A stretch of DNA of 64,000 nucleotides, taken from assembly GCA_965204575.1 (NCBI GenBank), contig OZ241993.1, positions 928,001 through 992,000 of the forward strand, read 5' to 3'. The position numbers and the translations under genes were made by a program. Shown here in pieces: positions 42,936-54,668 of this stretch; the first letter of the stretch is position 1; every line of letters begins with the position of its first letter. Below the pieces are notes generated by a model that saw nothing but the letters and a program-made list of their open reading frames with translations, searched no databases and was not told the DNA's origin. This DNA comes from an uncultured candidatus Porisulfidus sp. (GTDB lineage Bacteria; Pseudomonadota; Gammaproteobacteria; Poriferisulfidales; Poriferisulfidaceae).

Positions 42936-43679
42936 ATGGGCATCGCCACTCTTTACGAGCAGTTGGGACACTGGTATGCAAGCCGGGCCGGACAAGAATC
43001 CCTAGCCTTGATTCACGAGCACTTGACGCATCTTCAGGAGAATCTTTCCGGACAACATGCGTTGTTCTGCGGGCCGGACGTCCTGTTCAACGAAGTTTCA
43101 GCGGCACGAGGCAGTTTTGATCATCGGTTCTTCATGCACCCCGGGGCCAGCCAAGGCCAGATCCGAGGTCGGCCGGATGCGCTGCCGTTGGCGGCGAACT
43201 GCCTGGACCTTCTCGCCTTGGCCCATCCCTTGGAGTTGAGCGATCAGCCACATGGAGTTTTGCGTGAAGCAGACCGGGTATTGGTCGGGAACGGACACCT
43301 GTTGTTGGTCGGATTCAATCCGTGGAGCTGGTACGGGCTGTACCGATTGCTTGCGGTCGGGCGCTTTCCGTGGGACCGGCATTTCTACGGCTTTCGGCGG
43401 GTCCGGGACTGGCTTTCGGTGTTGAATTTCGAAATTCAGGATTGCCGGTACGCGGCATTTCGACTCCCGGTTCAGAGCCGGTTTCTACAGCAACGCACCA
43501 GCGCCCTGGAACTTCAGGCCCGCTGGAGGCTGGATCATCTGGGTGGCGTATACTGCGTGCTGGCACGCAAGTTGCGCGTCCCGGTCACTCCAGCGCGCGA
43601 ACGCTGGTACCGTTCGCCGGTTCTCCTCTCCGAAAGGCTTGCCGGGGTGGAGCCGACTTCCAGAGGAATGCACCCGTGA
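42936..43679 (+). CDS. Class I SAM-dependent methyltransferase (YafS-like)
   Basis: LPL....D...L.H.LE....PH.VLREA.RVL...G.L...GFNPWS; directly upstream of rnhA. Confidence 0.85.
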   Translation: MGIATLYEQLGHWYASRAGQESLALIHEHLTHLQENLSGQHALFCGPDVLFNEVSAARGSFDHRFFMHPGASQGQIRGRPDALPLAANCLDLLALAHPLELSDQPHGVLREADRVLVGNGHLLLVGFNPWSWYGLYRLLAVGRFPWDRHFYGFRRVRDWLSVLNFEIQDCRYAAFRLPVQSRFLQQRTSALELQARWRLDHLGGVYCVLARKLRVPVTPARERWYRSPVLLSERLAGVEPTSRGMHP

Positions 43680-44116
43680 AGCAGGTTAGAGCCTATACCG
43701 ATGGGGCCTGTCGCGGCAACCCCGGTCCGGGCGGCTGGGGGGTGGTGCTGGAGTCGCGCGGACACACGCGCGAGCTACTGGGCGCACAAGAGCAGACCAC
43801 CAACAATCGAATGGAACTCCAAGCGGCGATCGAGGCCCTGAACAGTTTGAAAGAACCTTGTGAAGTTGAACTCGTGACCGATTCCACATACCTGAAGAAC
43901 GGCATGCAGTCATGGCTAGTTGACTGGAAGCGCAAAGGTTGGAAAACCTCCGCGGGCAAACCGGTCAAGAACCAGGATCTTTGGCAGCAGTTGGATGCGC
44001 TGATCGCAACCCACCGGGTGCATTGGCGCTGGGTGCGGGGCCACAGCGGCGTGGAAGGAAACGAACGCGCCGACGTCCTGGCGAATGAAGCGATTGACCG
44101 GATGTCGGGATCATGA
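43676..44116 (+). CDS. rnhA: Ribonuclease HI
   Basis: YTDGACRGNPGPGGWG, TTNNRMEL, TDS.Y, VKNQDLW, WVRGHSG..GNERAD; GTG 43676. Confidence 0.98.
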   Translation: MKQVRAYTDGACRGNPGPGGWGVVLESRGHTRELLGAQEQTTNNRMELQAAIEALNSLKEPCEVELVTDSTYLKNGMQSWLVDWKRKGWKTSAGKPVKNQDLWQQLDALIATHRVHWRWVRGHSGVEGNERADVLANEAIDRMSGS

Positions 44117-44832
44117 GCGACCCGATTTCCCGCCAGGTCGCGCTTGACCTGGAAACCACGGGCCTGACGGTGGGCAACCGGATCATCGAGATCGGCTGCG
44201 TGGAGATCATAGACCGGAACCTGACCGGACGGCAGTACCAGTCTTACGTCAACCCGGAATGCAAAATCGAAGAAGGCGCGCAGCGGGTGCATGGAATCAC
44301 CACCGAGCAGTTGGTCGGCAAACCCAAGTTCCCGGAGATCCTCGACGAGGTGCTGGAGTTCGTGAAGGATGCGGAAGTCCTGATTCACAATGCCGGGTTC
44401 GACCTGGGGTTTCTCAACCATGAGCTGGAATTGGCGGGGCGCGCCGACAAGTTCGAAAACTGTTGCCTGAAGGTCACGGACACCCTGATGCTGGCGCGGG
44501 AAAAATCGTCGGGGGGAAGTAGCCTGGATCAGTTGTGCGATTTCTACCAGGTTGATCGCAGGCAGAGGGAATGGCACGGTGCTCTCCTGGATGCTCAGTT
44601 GCTGGCTCATGTCTATCTCAGGATGACGGGGGGGCAGATGGGACTTTCGCTGGAAGTCCAGACCCGCCGTCGCCGCGCCAATGTCGAAAAAGCTCCTATC
44701 CCGGTCCTGCGGGCCGGCCCCGAGGAGCGGCGCTTGCACGAGGAGTTTCTTGATGTTATCCAGACCGAATCCGGGGAAGGCCGGGCTTGCGTCTGGCAGG
44801 AATTGGAGCGCCCATCAAAGGAGAGCGGGTAA
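44113..44832 (+). CDS. dnaQ: DNA polymerase III epsilon subunit
   Basis: LDLETTG, IIEIGCVE, HNAGFD, HGALLDA, MTGGQ. Confidence 0.97.
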   Translation: MSDPISRQVALDLETTGLTVGNRIIEIGCVEIIDRNLTGRQYQSYVNPECKIEEGAQRVHGITTEQLVGKPKFPEILDEVLEFVKDAEVLIHNAGFDLGFLNHELELAGRADKFENCCLKVTDTLMLAREKSSGGSSLDQLCDFYQVDRRQREWHGALLDAQLLAHVYLRMTGGQMGLSLEVQTRRRRANVEKAPIPVLRAGPEERRLHEEFLDVIQTESGEGRACVWQELERPSKESG

Positions 44833-45009
44833 AAGGCAAGGCTCGATTCCGTCTGATTTTTTCTAGGGCGGCGGCACCGGACATCAAGCGTTCGGGTAGC
44901 CCCGGGAGTTGGCACCGGCAACCCAAATCTGCTAATCTAGGCGCAAACAACAAGGCCTCTGGACGGAATCCGTTCACGGGGGCGATTAATCCAACTGGAG
45001 GATGTTTTT

Positions 45010-45294
45010 GTGGACAAACTGATTACCGGAATCATCATCGCGGCCGTGGTGGTCTTCTTCTACTGGCTGTATCAGACGGGCGGCGATGAGGCGCCTGCAG
45101 TGTCCGAAACGGCTACGGAGGAAATGGCGGCTGAATCCGCTGAAGCCGGATCGGAAGGACCTTGGGTGGCGGTCGTCGGGGTCGGCGAGGAAGCGCATGT
45201 CGCGGGCCACTACAACAGCTATACGGAGTGCTATCAGGCTGTTGCGGGCAAGGTCGACGTAAGCGTGACTCCGTATTCCTGTACCAATCAATAA
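45010..45294 (+). CDS. Small membrane-anchored hypothetical protein
   Basis: GGAGG RBS, N-terminal TM helix, acidic linker, C-terminal domain with two Cys. Confidence 0.7.
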   Translation: MDKLITGIIIAAVVVFFYWLYQTGGDEAPAVSETATEEMAAESAEAGSEGPWVAVVGVGEEAHVAGHYNSYTECYQAVAGKVDVSVTPYSCTNQ

Positions 45295-45343
45295 TCCGCT
45301 GAAACCGGACGGGAAACCTCCGCCGGCGTCGATTTCCGGCGCT

Positions 45344-45838
45344 TCAGGGTTTCCCGCCTTGCCGGGTGGACCGGCGCAGCAGGCGTTCGCGGTCGCGCTC
45401 CCAATCGCGGGTCTTCACGGTTTGTCGCCGGTCGTGCTTGTGCTTGCCGCGCGCCAGCGCCAGTTGCAGTTTTGCCCGGCCCTGCTTCCAGTACAGTGAC
45501 AAGGGGATCAGGGTGTAGCCCCGCCGGTCCACGGCACCCTGAAGATGAGCGATTTCTTTTTCGTGCAACAGCAGTTTTCTCGGTCGGGCCGGGTCGGCCG
45601 GCAGATGAGAGACGTTGGGCAGGGGGTTGATGTGGCTGCCCAGGAGCCAGCCTTCTCCCTTGCGGATGGAGATGTAGCCTTCGTTGATTTGGGCGCGCCC
45701 CTCGCGCAGGCTCTTGACTTCCCAGCCAGTCAGGGCCAGTCCGGCTTCGAAGGTTTCCTCGATGGCGTAATCGTGTCGAGCCCGACGGTTCCGGGCGATG
45801 GTGGGATCGGGGGCCTTGGCTTGGGTCTTCCGGCTCAT
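45344..45838 (-). CDS. smpB: SsrA-binding protein
   Basis: IARNRRARHDY, EAGL.L.GWEVKSLR, RKLLLH, GKHKHDRR. Confidence 0.97.
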   Translation of the reverse strand: MSRKTQAKAPDPTIARNRRARHDYAIEETFEAGLALTGWEVKSLREGRAQINEGYISIRKGEGWLLGSHINPLPNVSHLPADPARPRKLLLHEKEIAHLQGAVDRRGYTLIPLSLYWKQGRAKLQLALARGKHKHDRRQTVKTRDWERDRERLLRRSTRQGGKP

Positions 45839-45962
45839 GGCGTCTTGTGAGAAAAAATCGTCTCCGTACAGTTTCTGAGGCCCATGCCCGAACATTCAAT
45901 TATAGGCATGGGGCATGCCGGCCTTTTCGTGAGGCTGCCCCGACTTTGAGAGGAAAAGTGTC

Positions 45963-47255
45963 GTGAGCTTGTTTTCACTGCCGGAACTGGTAGCTTTGCT
46001 GGTTCTGCTTTTCCTGCTGTCGGCGTTTTTCTCCGGTTCCGAAACCGCGCTGATGGCGCTGAATCGTTACCGGCTCCGTCATTTGGCAGAGCAGGGCAAA
46101 TACAGTGCCCGTTGCGCGCAGGCGTTGCTCGACAAACCGGACAAACTGATTGGATTGATCCTTCTCGGCAACAATCTCGTCAACATCCTGATTACCCAGT
46201 TGGCCACGTACCTCGGCTACATCTACTTTCAGGAGATCGGGGTGGCCGTGGCCACGGGCCTGCTGACCGTGGCCATTCTGGTTTTTGCGGAAGTGGCGCC
46301 GAAGACCTTGGCGGCGTTGCACGCCGAGCGTGTCGCCTACCCGGCCGCCGTTGTGTACCGGCCGCTCCTGGTCGTTGCCTATCCGCTGGTGTGGCTGATC
46401 AACCAGTTCGCCAACGGCCTGCTTCGGGTCTTGGGAATGCCGAGGGAGGAAGCACGCAATGCGCTGACTCAGGAAGAACTCCGTAGCGCCGTGCATGAAT
46501 CCCGCAGCTTGATTTCCCGGGAGCATCGAAAGATGTTGTTGAGTATCCTGGATCTGGAGAAGATCACGGTGGAGGACGTGATGGTGCCGCGCAATGAAAT
46601 CGTCGGGATCGATCTCAGTGACGACTGGAGCGAGGTATTGGATCAATTGCAAAACCCGACCTACACGCGGGTGCTGGTGTACGAGGGAGGGCTCGACAAG
46701 GTCTGCGGCATGCTGCACTGGCGCAAATTGTTGCCGCACATCCTGAACGAGGACTTGTTGCCGGGACACATCCGGGAAACCATGCGGGAGCCGTATTTCA
46801 TTCCCGAGGGGACCAATCTCAACCGGCAGTTGTACAATTTCCAGGAGCACCGGCGCCGGGTCGGCCTGGTGATCGACGAGTACGGCGACATTCAGGGCCT
46901 GGTGACCCTGGAGCACATATTGGAAGAGATCGTGGGAGCGTTCACCATGGATTCCGGAACATTGGACCCGGGGGTCTATGAAACCCTGCCCGATGGCAGC
47001 GTCGTGGTGGATGCGGGCATCCATGTCCGCGAACTCAATGACCTCCTGGACAGCCACTTCCACATGGACGGGCCGAGAACGCTCAACGGTTTGATCCTGG
47101 AACACTTGGAAGATATTCCGGCGCCGGGAACCAGCATGCTGATTGACCGCTATCCGGTGGAGGTGATCAAGACGGATGAAACCTCGGTGCGCACGGTCCG
47201 GGTCTATACGCGCCTCGAATCGACTCCGGATGGTGAGGGGAACGGCGATGCGTGA
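45963..47255 (+). CDS. HlyC/CorC (CNNM/DUF21-CBS) transporter, YfjD-like
   Basis: SAFFSGSETA, ILLGNNLVN, AEVAPKT, VMVPR, VIDEYGDIQGLVTLE.ILEEIVG. Confidence 0.93.
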   Translation: MSLFSLPELVALLVLLFLLSAFFSGSETALMALNRYRLRHLAEQGKYSARCAQALLDKPDKLIGLILLGNNLVNILITQLATYLGYIYFQEIGVAVATGLLTVAILVFAEVAPKTLAALHAERVAYPAAVVYRPLLVVAYPLVWLINQFANGLLRVLGMPREEARNALTQEELRSAVHESRSLISREHRKMLLSILDLEKITVEDVMVPRNEIVGIDLSDDWSEVLDQLQNPTYTRVLVYEGGLDKVCGMLHWRKLLPHILNEDLLPGHIRETMREPYFIPEGTNLNRQLYNFQEHRRRVGLVIDEYGDIQGLVTLEHILEEIVGAFTMDSGTLDPGVYETLPDGSVVVDAGIHVRELNDLLDSHFHMDGPRTLNGLILEHLEDIPAPGTSMLIDRYPVEVIKTDETSVRTVRVYTRLESTPDGEGNGDA

Positions 47256-48102
47256 ACCGGAATTGAGCGATCAGGGTCTGAGCCCCACGCACGAAGTCGC
47301 GGCACGGGATCAGTATGGCGATGTGCGGACGGTTCGCATTGCCGGGGAACGTCCGCTAACGCTGAAAGTGGATGAACGCGAGGTGGTGACGCTGATGACG
47401 TTGGGTATGCATCCGGAGGAATTGGCGCTTGGCTATCTTCGCAACCAGCGGTTGGTGGAACGGCTGGAGGACATTGCGGCCGTGCGGGTCGATTGGGAGC
47501 GCGAGACGGTTTCGGTCGATATGCGCCCGGGGTGCGGCATCACGGATTGGGAAGAGAAGTTATCCCGGCGCACGGTCACCACCGGCTGCGGCCAAGGGAC
47601 TGTATTCAGTTGCACGCTGGACAAGCTTTACGACCAGCGCCTGCCGAAGGCGGCGGTCCGCCAGTCCTTGATTTACCGCTTATTGGCCAACATCGCAAGT
47701 TCCAATCAGATCTACAAGGAGTCTGGCGCCGTGCACGGATGCGCGTTGTGCGCGGGAGAGGATATCCTGATGTTCGTGGAGGATGTCGGGCGCCACAATG
47801 CGGCAGACACCATTGCTGGGCGCATGTGGTTGCAGGGCATGGACGGGGCAGATAAGATTTTCTACACGACCGGTCGGTTGACCTCCGAGATCGTCATGAA
47901 ATGTGCGGGCATGGGAATCCCGGTACTCCTGTCGCGCTCCGGCGTCACGCAGATGGGAGTGGAACTGGCCGCGGACCTAGGAGTGGTGATGATCGCGCGG
48001 GCCAAGGGACGCGCCTTCTTGACCTACAACCTGGCCGAATGCGTGGAGTACGACGCACCACCAAAGCGGCCGCCCGAGGCCGGGCCGAAAAGCAGCAGCT
48101 GA
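47248..48102 (+). CDS. fdhD: Formate dehydrogenase accessory sulfurtransferase
   Basis: E.PLT, TTGCG, GAVHGCA, EDVGRHNA.D, TGRLTSE. Confidence 0.93.
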   Translation: MREPELSDQGLSPTHEVAARDQYGDVRTVRIAGERPLTLKVDEREVVTLMTLGMHPEELALGYLRNQRLVERLEDIAAVRVDWERETVSVDMRPGCGITDWEEKLSRRTVTTGCGQGTVFSCTLDKLYDQRLPKAAVRQSLIYRLLANIASSNQIYKESGAVHGCALCAGEDILMFVEDVGRHNAADTIAGRMWLQGMDGADKIFYTTGRLTSEIVMKCAGMGIPVLLSRSGVTQMGVELAADLGVVMIARAKGRAFLTYNLAECVEYDAPPKRPPEAGPKSSS

Positions 48103-48153
48103 CAGACGGAAGCAGTCTGGACGCTTGCGCGCCAGACTGTCCTCTCCCCAAGA

Positions 48154-50655
48154 CTACCAGTTCAGGCTGCTCCGCAGCATGATGCCGTGGTCGGAGTCGC
48201 CATACGCCGGCTGGTCGTGCAGGGCCTCCAGGCTCATCTGCAGCGACGACCCGATGTTGAACTGCCCGCCCAGGCTCAGCCTCCGCGAGCCCTCGCCGGA
48301 CAGCGACACGTCGGTGTACGGCGTCAGCATCCCCTGGCGCCCGCCCCACAGGGCGACCATGCCATACGCGACCCGCGCGTTCATGCGCAACGGCGACCGG
48401 TTGTCCGACACCGCCCCGCCGATGGCATCGGCCTCCCACATCTGCTGCACGCCGCTCGCCGTCTGGCCCCACTGAGGCTCCAGGCTGACCGCAAGCCCGA
48501 CGCCGTCCGCGCCGGGGTCGATCCGCACCCGCCCGCTGAAGCCCCATTCGTCGTAGTCGCCGTCGTGCCCGAGCAGGGCCCGCGCCCGGCCCTCGAAGCT
48601 CACCCCGCTGGCCGGGTCCGAATAGCGCAGCCCGGCCCCGGTCTCGAAACCTTCGCCGTCCTCGCCGTCCCCGCCGTCACTCCGCACGCCGATCTCCAGC
48701 GACGAAGTCATCGTGCCTCCCGAGTCGAGGGCCTGTTCGTGAGCCGCCTCCAGCATCAGCCGCGAGCGGTTGGCGTCCAGCGTCAGGCTCTCCAGGCTGC
48801 CCTCGCCGTCGATGTCGGCCCACGTGTACGCTGCCTCGGCCTTGATCCGGACGGTGGTCTTGCCGCCTTCAGCCACCTTGCCGCTGTCCACCAGCAGCCC
48901 GCTCACGCCGGCCGCCACCATCTGCTGCTCCAGGTCGCTCTCCTGCGTGGCCGCCGCGTCGTCGTTGATCTCCACGTCGCCCCAGCCGTAGCCGGCCGCG
49001 GCCCACAGGTTGATGCTGTCCGAGGCCTGCCAGCCCACGTACGGGTTGACGCTGGCCAGCGTGGTCGTGGACTCGCCCGACACCCCGTTGACGTCGTCGT
49101 AGTCGACTTCCGCTTCCGCCCACGACACCGAGAAGCCGGCCAGCATGTCCGTACTGACGCGGGAATCCATCCCGAAGTTGATGCTGGTCACGTCGCCCTC
49201 GTAGTGCATGACCTGCCGGTCCCCGCCGGAGAAGTCGCGGTAGTCGCCGCTGCCCCAGAGGGTCACGTTTCGGAACAGGCCGCCGCCGCTGCCCGCCGCG
49301 TTGAGCGGCAGGGTGAAGGACGAGCCGGCGAGCAACTGGCCGAAGTCGAAGGTGCCGCTCTCCAGCGACTGCCCGTGCGCGGCGAGGGCATCGGAGAGGC
49401 TGGCGGCGCCGTTGGAGTTGAGCCCCGCGGCCTGCGGGGCGTCGTCGATCGCCTGTCCGATGCGGCTCGACACCGCATCGACCGTGCTGGCGGTCATCGC
49501 CCGCATGACCTGCGGCTGGATCGTCTCGATCGCCAGGTCCTGGCGTGCCGCGACCACATTGGGTGAGTCCAGGTAAAAGCCCGAGCCGATGATATAGCGT
49601 TCAACGCGTCCGGTTCTCCTCGTGATTTCGAATTCGCGGGCGTAGCCCACCTTGGGGATGTCGGCGCTGTCGGTCGCGTCGGTGGGATCGTCGAAGTAGT
49701 ACTGCACGAAGCCGCCTTCCGGGCTGCTTCTCGCCGCGTCGAGGACCTGCGGCAGGATGAGTTCTCCGGTGACAGCGTCCCGTTGCGTTGGAATCAAAGG
49801 CCGAACCTCGAATCTGTCGGGAAACGCTCCGTGAAACAAGATGAGGTTGCTGGAGAGGTCCAAGACATACAAGTACACGGAACCGTGCCTCCAGGGCCCG
49901 TCCGGATCCCGAAAGGCGACCTTGGCTTTCGAGAGGCCGTCTCGGCCCCCGGCCCTCCCGAACTCTTTGAATTGCTCGATCGCGTTCGCGACGAAGGCCT
50001 TCAAGGTTCTGCGGTCTACCACCTGCTCGGCGGTAATGGTGGGGTCGCCGTAATCGATGGATTCTGAAGCCAGGTGGGAGGCGTTGAGGTCGAATCCGGA
50101 GATCAGCATGATCGGAGTCCCTGCCGCACCCGTGTAGGAGGCGGCATAGCCGGAGATGCCTAGGGCGGGCATATTGAAAGAGCCCTGCCGTTCCTGTTGC
50201 TGCAAGAAAGGCAAGACAGTAGCTGGGCTGGCTGGATTCGCTCCCAGCCCTGTAAGAATTCTTGCAAGAATCACGGGATTCAGGAGCCTGCCCGACAGCG
50301 CCATGTTCTTCGCGTGAAGGAACACCCTGCCGTTTGGTGCCAGTTGCACCAGGTATGTGGAACCGGAACGCCAACCCCCCCCTTCTTGCCTGACCAGGCA
50401 TCCGAAGTGGAGCCCTGCCCCCCGACTTGCCGCGGCTGCCTCCTTGAAAGCGGTTCTCGCGGACTCCACAAATTGTTGAAGGTTAGAGCCAGTCACATCT
50501 TCCGCCCTCGGGTTCGGGTCGCTAATAGAAACTGTCCCGCCGGGAGGGGGCGGGCAAGCCTCTTGCGCCAAGGCCGGGGTGACACTGAAACAGGTGCCCG
50601 CCAGAATGAGAGGGCAAAATGCGGCTGGGCGGATTTTCTGTATTCCGGCTTTCAT
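48154..50655 (-). CDS. Autotransporter with tandem Cache-like passenger domains
   Basis: Signal peptide; two repeats with W..GS.Y...D/NG.V.(F)H and GGFVQYYF...KVGY...IIGSGFY; C-terminal beta-barrel pattern (LWGSGDY, PYVGW, EIGVR.DGGD) ending in W. Confidence 0.8.
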   Translation of the reverse strand: MKAGIQKIRPAAFCPLILAGTCFSVTPALAQEACPPPPGGTVSISDPNPRAEDVTGSNLQQFVESARTAFKEAAAASRGAGLHFGCLVRQEGGGWRSGSTYLVQLAPNGRVFLHAKNMALSGRLLNPVILARILTGLGANPASPATVLPFLQQQERQGSFNMPALGISGYAASYTGAAGTPIMLISGFDLNASHLASESIDYGDPTITAEQVVDRRTLKAFVANAIEQFKEFGRAGGRDGLSKAKVAFRDPDGPWRHGSVYLYVLDLSSNLILFHGAFPDRFEVRPLIPTQRDAVTGELILPQVLDAARSSPEGGFVQYYFDDPTDATDSADIPKVGYAREFEITRRTGRVERYIIGSGFYLDSPNVVAARQDLAIETIQPQVMRAMTASTVDAVSSRIGQAIDDAPQAAGLNSNGAASLSDALAAHGQSLESGTFDFGQLLAGSSFTLPLNAAGSGGGLFRNVTLWGSGDYRDFSGGDRQVMHYEGDVTSINFGMDSRVSTDMLAGFSVSWAEAEVDYDDVNGVSGESTTTLASVNPYVGWQASDSINLWAAAGYGWGDVEINDDAAATQESDLEQQMVAAGVSGLLVDSGKVAEGGKTTVRIKAEAAYTWADIDGEGSLESLTLDANRSRLMLEAAHEQALDSGGTMTSSLEIGVRSDGGDGEDGEGFETGAGLRYSDPASGVSFEGRARALLGHDGDYDEWGFSGRVRIDPGADGVGLAVSLEPQWGQTASGVQQMWEADAIGGAVSDNRSPLRMNARVAYGMVALWGGRQGMLTPYTDVSLSGEGSRRLSLGGQFNIGSSLQMSLEALHDQPAYGDSDHGIMLRSSLNW

Positions 50656-50814
50656 CTTGAAGTTCCTCCCTAAGGCAATCAGCGAGCGAGGAATGCCAAC
50701 TGGACGATAGGAAAGTCTAGCATACCAATCGCGCGCTGAACTGGGGTTCGGTAGCGGGTTGGAACTGAGTGGCCGCCACTCTGCCCGAACCGAAAACCCC
50801 CGGCTTTAAAAGGA

Positions 50815-50847
50815 AAGGGGGGCGTTTCAATCTGAAACGCCCCCCTT
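50815..50847 (-). terminator. Rho-independent terminator after katG
   Basis: Perfect 15-bp stem AAGGGGGGCGTTTCA-atc-TGAAACGCCCCCCTT with T-rich flanks on both strands. Confidence 0.85.
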
Positions 50848-50858
50848 GTTTTCCGGGA

Positions 50859-53087
<2,229 letters not shown>

Positions 53088-53151
53088 TTAGAAAATTTCC
53101 TACTCGTAGGGTTTGCGCTCCCATCCGGGGCGTGCAACTCAGGATAGCATA

Positions 53152-53172
53152 AATTTAGACAGTGTCCAAATT
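53152..53172. promoter_or_regulatory. Palindromic operator upstream of katG (Fur-family/Irr-like)
   Basis: AATTTAGAC-agt-GTCCAAATT, a 9-3-9 inverted repeat with one mismatch. Confidence 0.5.
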
Positions 53173-53338
53173 ATGACAACCGTTCCCGCTGTCGGTTCAG
53201 TCGCAAGACTCCAGGCATCCCGGAGATGCCGGTTGCGGATAAGTGTATAAGTGCCCGCGACCTGGCGGTCGGTCTGGCTCGGCAGCACAGGGTTGCCCGG
53301 AACGTTGGAGTCGATGTTTCCCGAAGCCCCTTGGGCGC

Positions 53339-53764
53339 CTACTCCTGCCTTCGCAGCAGGTTTGCACCCGTCGCCCCAAGCAGCAATGGCAGAGTCGCGT
53401 CGATCAGCATCCAGAGAGTGGATACCGCATCGGAACCCGCGGGCGCATAGTCTGCGTTCAGCAGGTTGAAGTAGCTCCAGAGCAGCAGGATGCCGACGGC
53501 CAGGAAACCGTAGAAAAGCACGTTGGCGGCCAGGTATTCCCGGGTGACCGTCTCGCCACCCTCGCGGTCGACGGCACGTTTGCGCAGATACGCGAAGATG
53601 GTGCCTGCCAGCCATGCCAGCACCATCGGCGGGTCAAGCGTCTCCCAGAACGGGCTATAGGGCTGCCCCGGTTCGGACACGTGGTACAGCGGCTCGATCA
53701 CCGTGTGGACCGCGACTGTGACGGCCATGGCAATCAGCGCCCAGCCCAAAATTCTTTTTGCCAT
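53339..53764 (-). CDS. Hypothetical membrane protein (about 4 TM)
   Basis: MAKRILGWAL...; four hydrophobic segments; AAGGA upstream of ATG 53764. Confidence 0.75.
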   Translation of the reverse strand: MAKRILGWALIAMAVTVAVHTVIEPLYHVSEPGQPYSPFWETLDPPMVLAWLAGTIFAYLRKRAVDREGGETVTREYLAANVLFYGFLAVGILLLWSYFNLLNADYAPAGSDAVSTLWMLIDATLPLLLGATGANLLRRQE

Positions 53765-53886
53765 GTGGACTTTCCTTCTCCCGAGACGATGCGGCAAAGA
53801 ATACCACGAGCCTTTCGGGTTCACAAATTCAAGCAAATTTCCAAGCGAGAGCGGTGCGTCGCACATCGCAGGGCCCCTTGCAGTGC

Positions 53887-53915
53887 TTGCCCTAAAAGGC
53901 ATTTGAGTTGATAAT
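53887..53915 (+). promoter_or_regulatory. Sigma70 promoter for rplY-pth-ychF
   Basis: TTGCCC-17 nt-GATAAT followed by a GC-rich discriminator. Confidence 0.55.
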
Positions 53916-53949
53916 ACGCGCCCCCAACGACAGAGGGGACGAACGGATC

Positions 53950-54654
53950 ATGAGCGAAATCGATTTCAACCTGTCTGCAGAGCCGCGCAAGGAGACCGGA
54001 ACCAGCGCGATGCGGAAAATGCGGCGTGCAGGCCAACTGCCCGGCGTGGTCTATGGTGCGGGGGGCGATGCCGTTCCGATCACCTTGTCGGGTCTCGAGG
54101 TTTCCCGCCATCTGGAACATGAGGCCTTTTACTCGCATGTCCTGAACCTCAAGCTGAAGGGAAAGAGAGAAAAGGAACAAGTCATCCTGCGCAGCGTTCA
54201 GCGCCATCCGGTCCGTTCGGACGTGCTGTTGCATATCGACCTGCAGCGCATCAGCAAGGATGCGAAGATCAAGATGACGATCCCGCTGCATTTCAAGGGC
54301 GAGGACATCGCGCCCGGCGTCAAGGAGCAGAGCGGCCTGATCAGCCACCTGATGACGGAAGTGGAGGTTTCCTGCCTGCCTTCCGATCTTCCGGAATTCA
54401 TCGAGGTCGACATTTCCGAATTGCATATCGGCGAACTGGTCCATCTTTCCGACCTGGCGATCCCGGAAGGTCTGGAATTGGTCGAACTGTCGCACGGACA
54501 CGATCATGCCGTGGCCACCATCCATGTCCGGAAAGAGGAGCCGATCGAAGAAGAAGAGGTGGAGGTCGAAGAGCCTGAGGGCGAAGAAGGCGAGGCTCAG
54601 GAAGCCGCCGAGGGCGAAGAGAAGGACGCGGGTTCTGCCGAAGAAGAGTCCTGA
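53950..54654 (+). CDS. rplY: 50S ribosomal protein L25/Ctc (long form)
   Basis: R..G.LPGVVYG, VQRHPV...LHIDL.R, GVK...G, LPEFIEVD; acidic tail. Confidence 0.97.
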   Translation: MSEIDFNLSAEPRKETGTSAMRKMRRAGQLPGVVYGAGGDAVPITLSGLEVSRHLEHEAFYSHVLNLKLKGKREKEQVILRSVQRHPVRSDVLLHIDLQRISKDAKIKMTIPLHFKGEDIAPGVKEQSGLISHLMTEVEVSCLPSDLPEFIEVDISELHIGELVHLSDLAIPEGLELVELSHGHDHAVATIHVRKEEPIEEEEVEVEEPEGEEGEAQEAAEGEEKDAGSAEEES

Positions 54655-54668
54655 TCAGGGCTGGAACG

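Noticed and set aside
44833-45960. tmRNA (ssrA) near smpB
   Set aside because: No GGGGC...TCCACCA tmRNA ends found in the flanking intergenic regions
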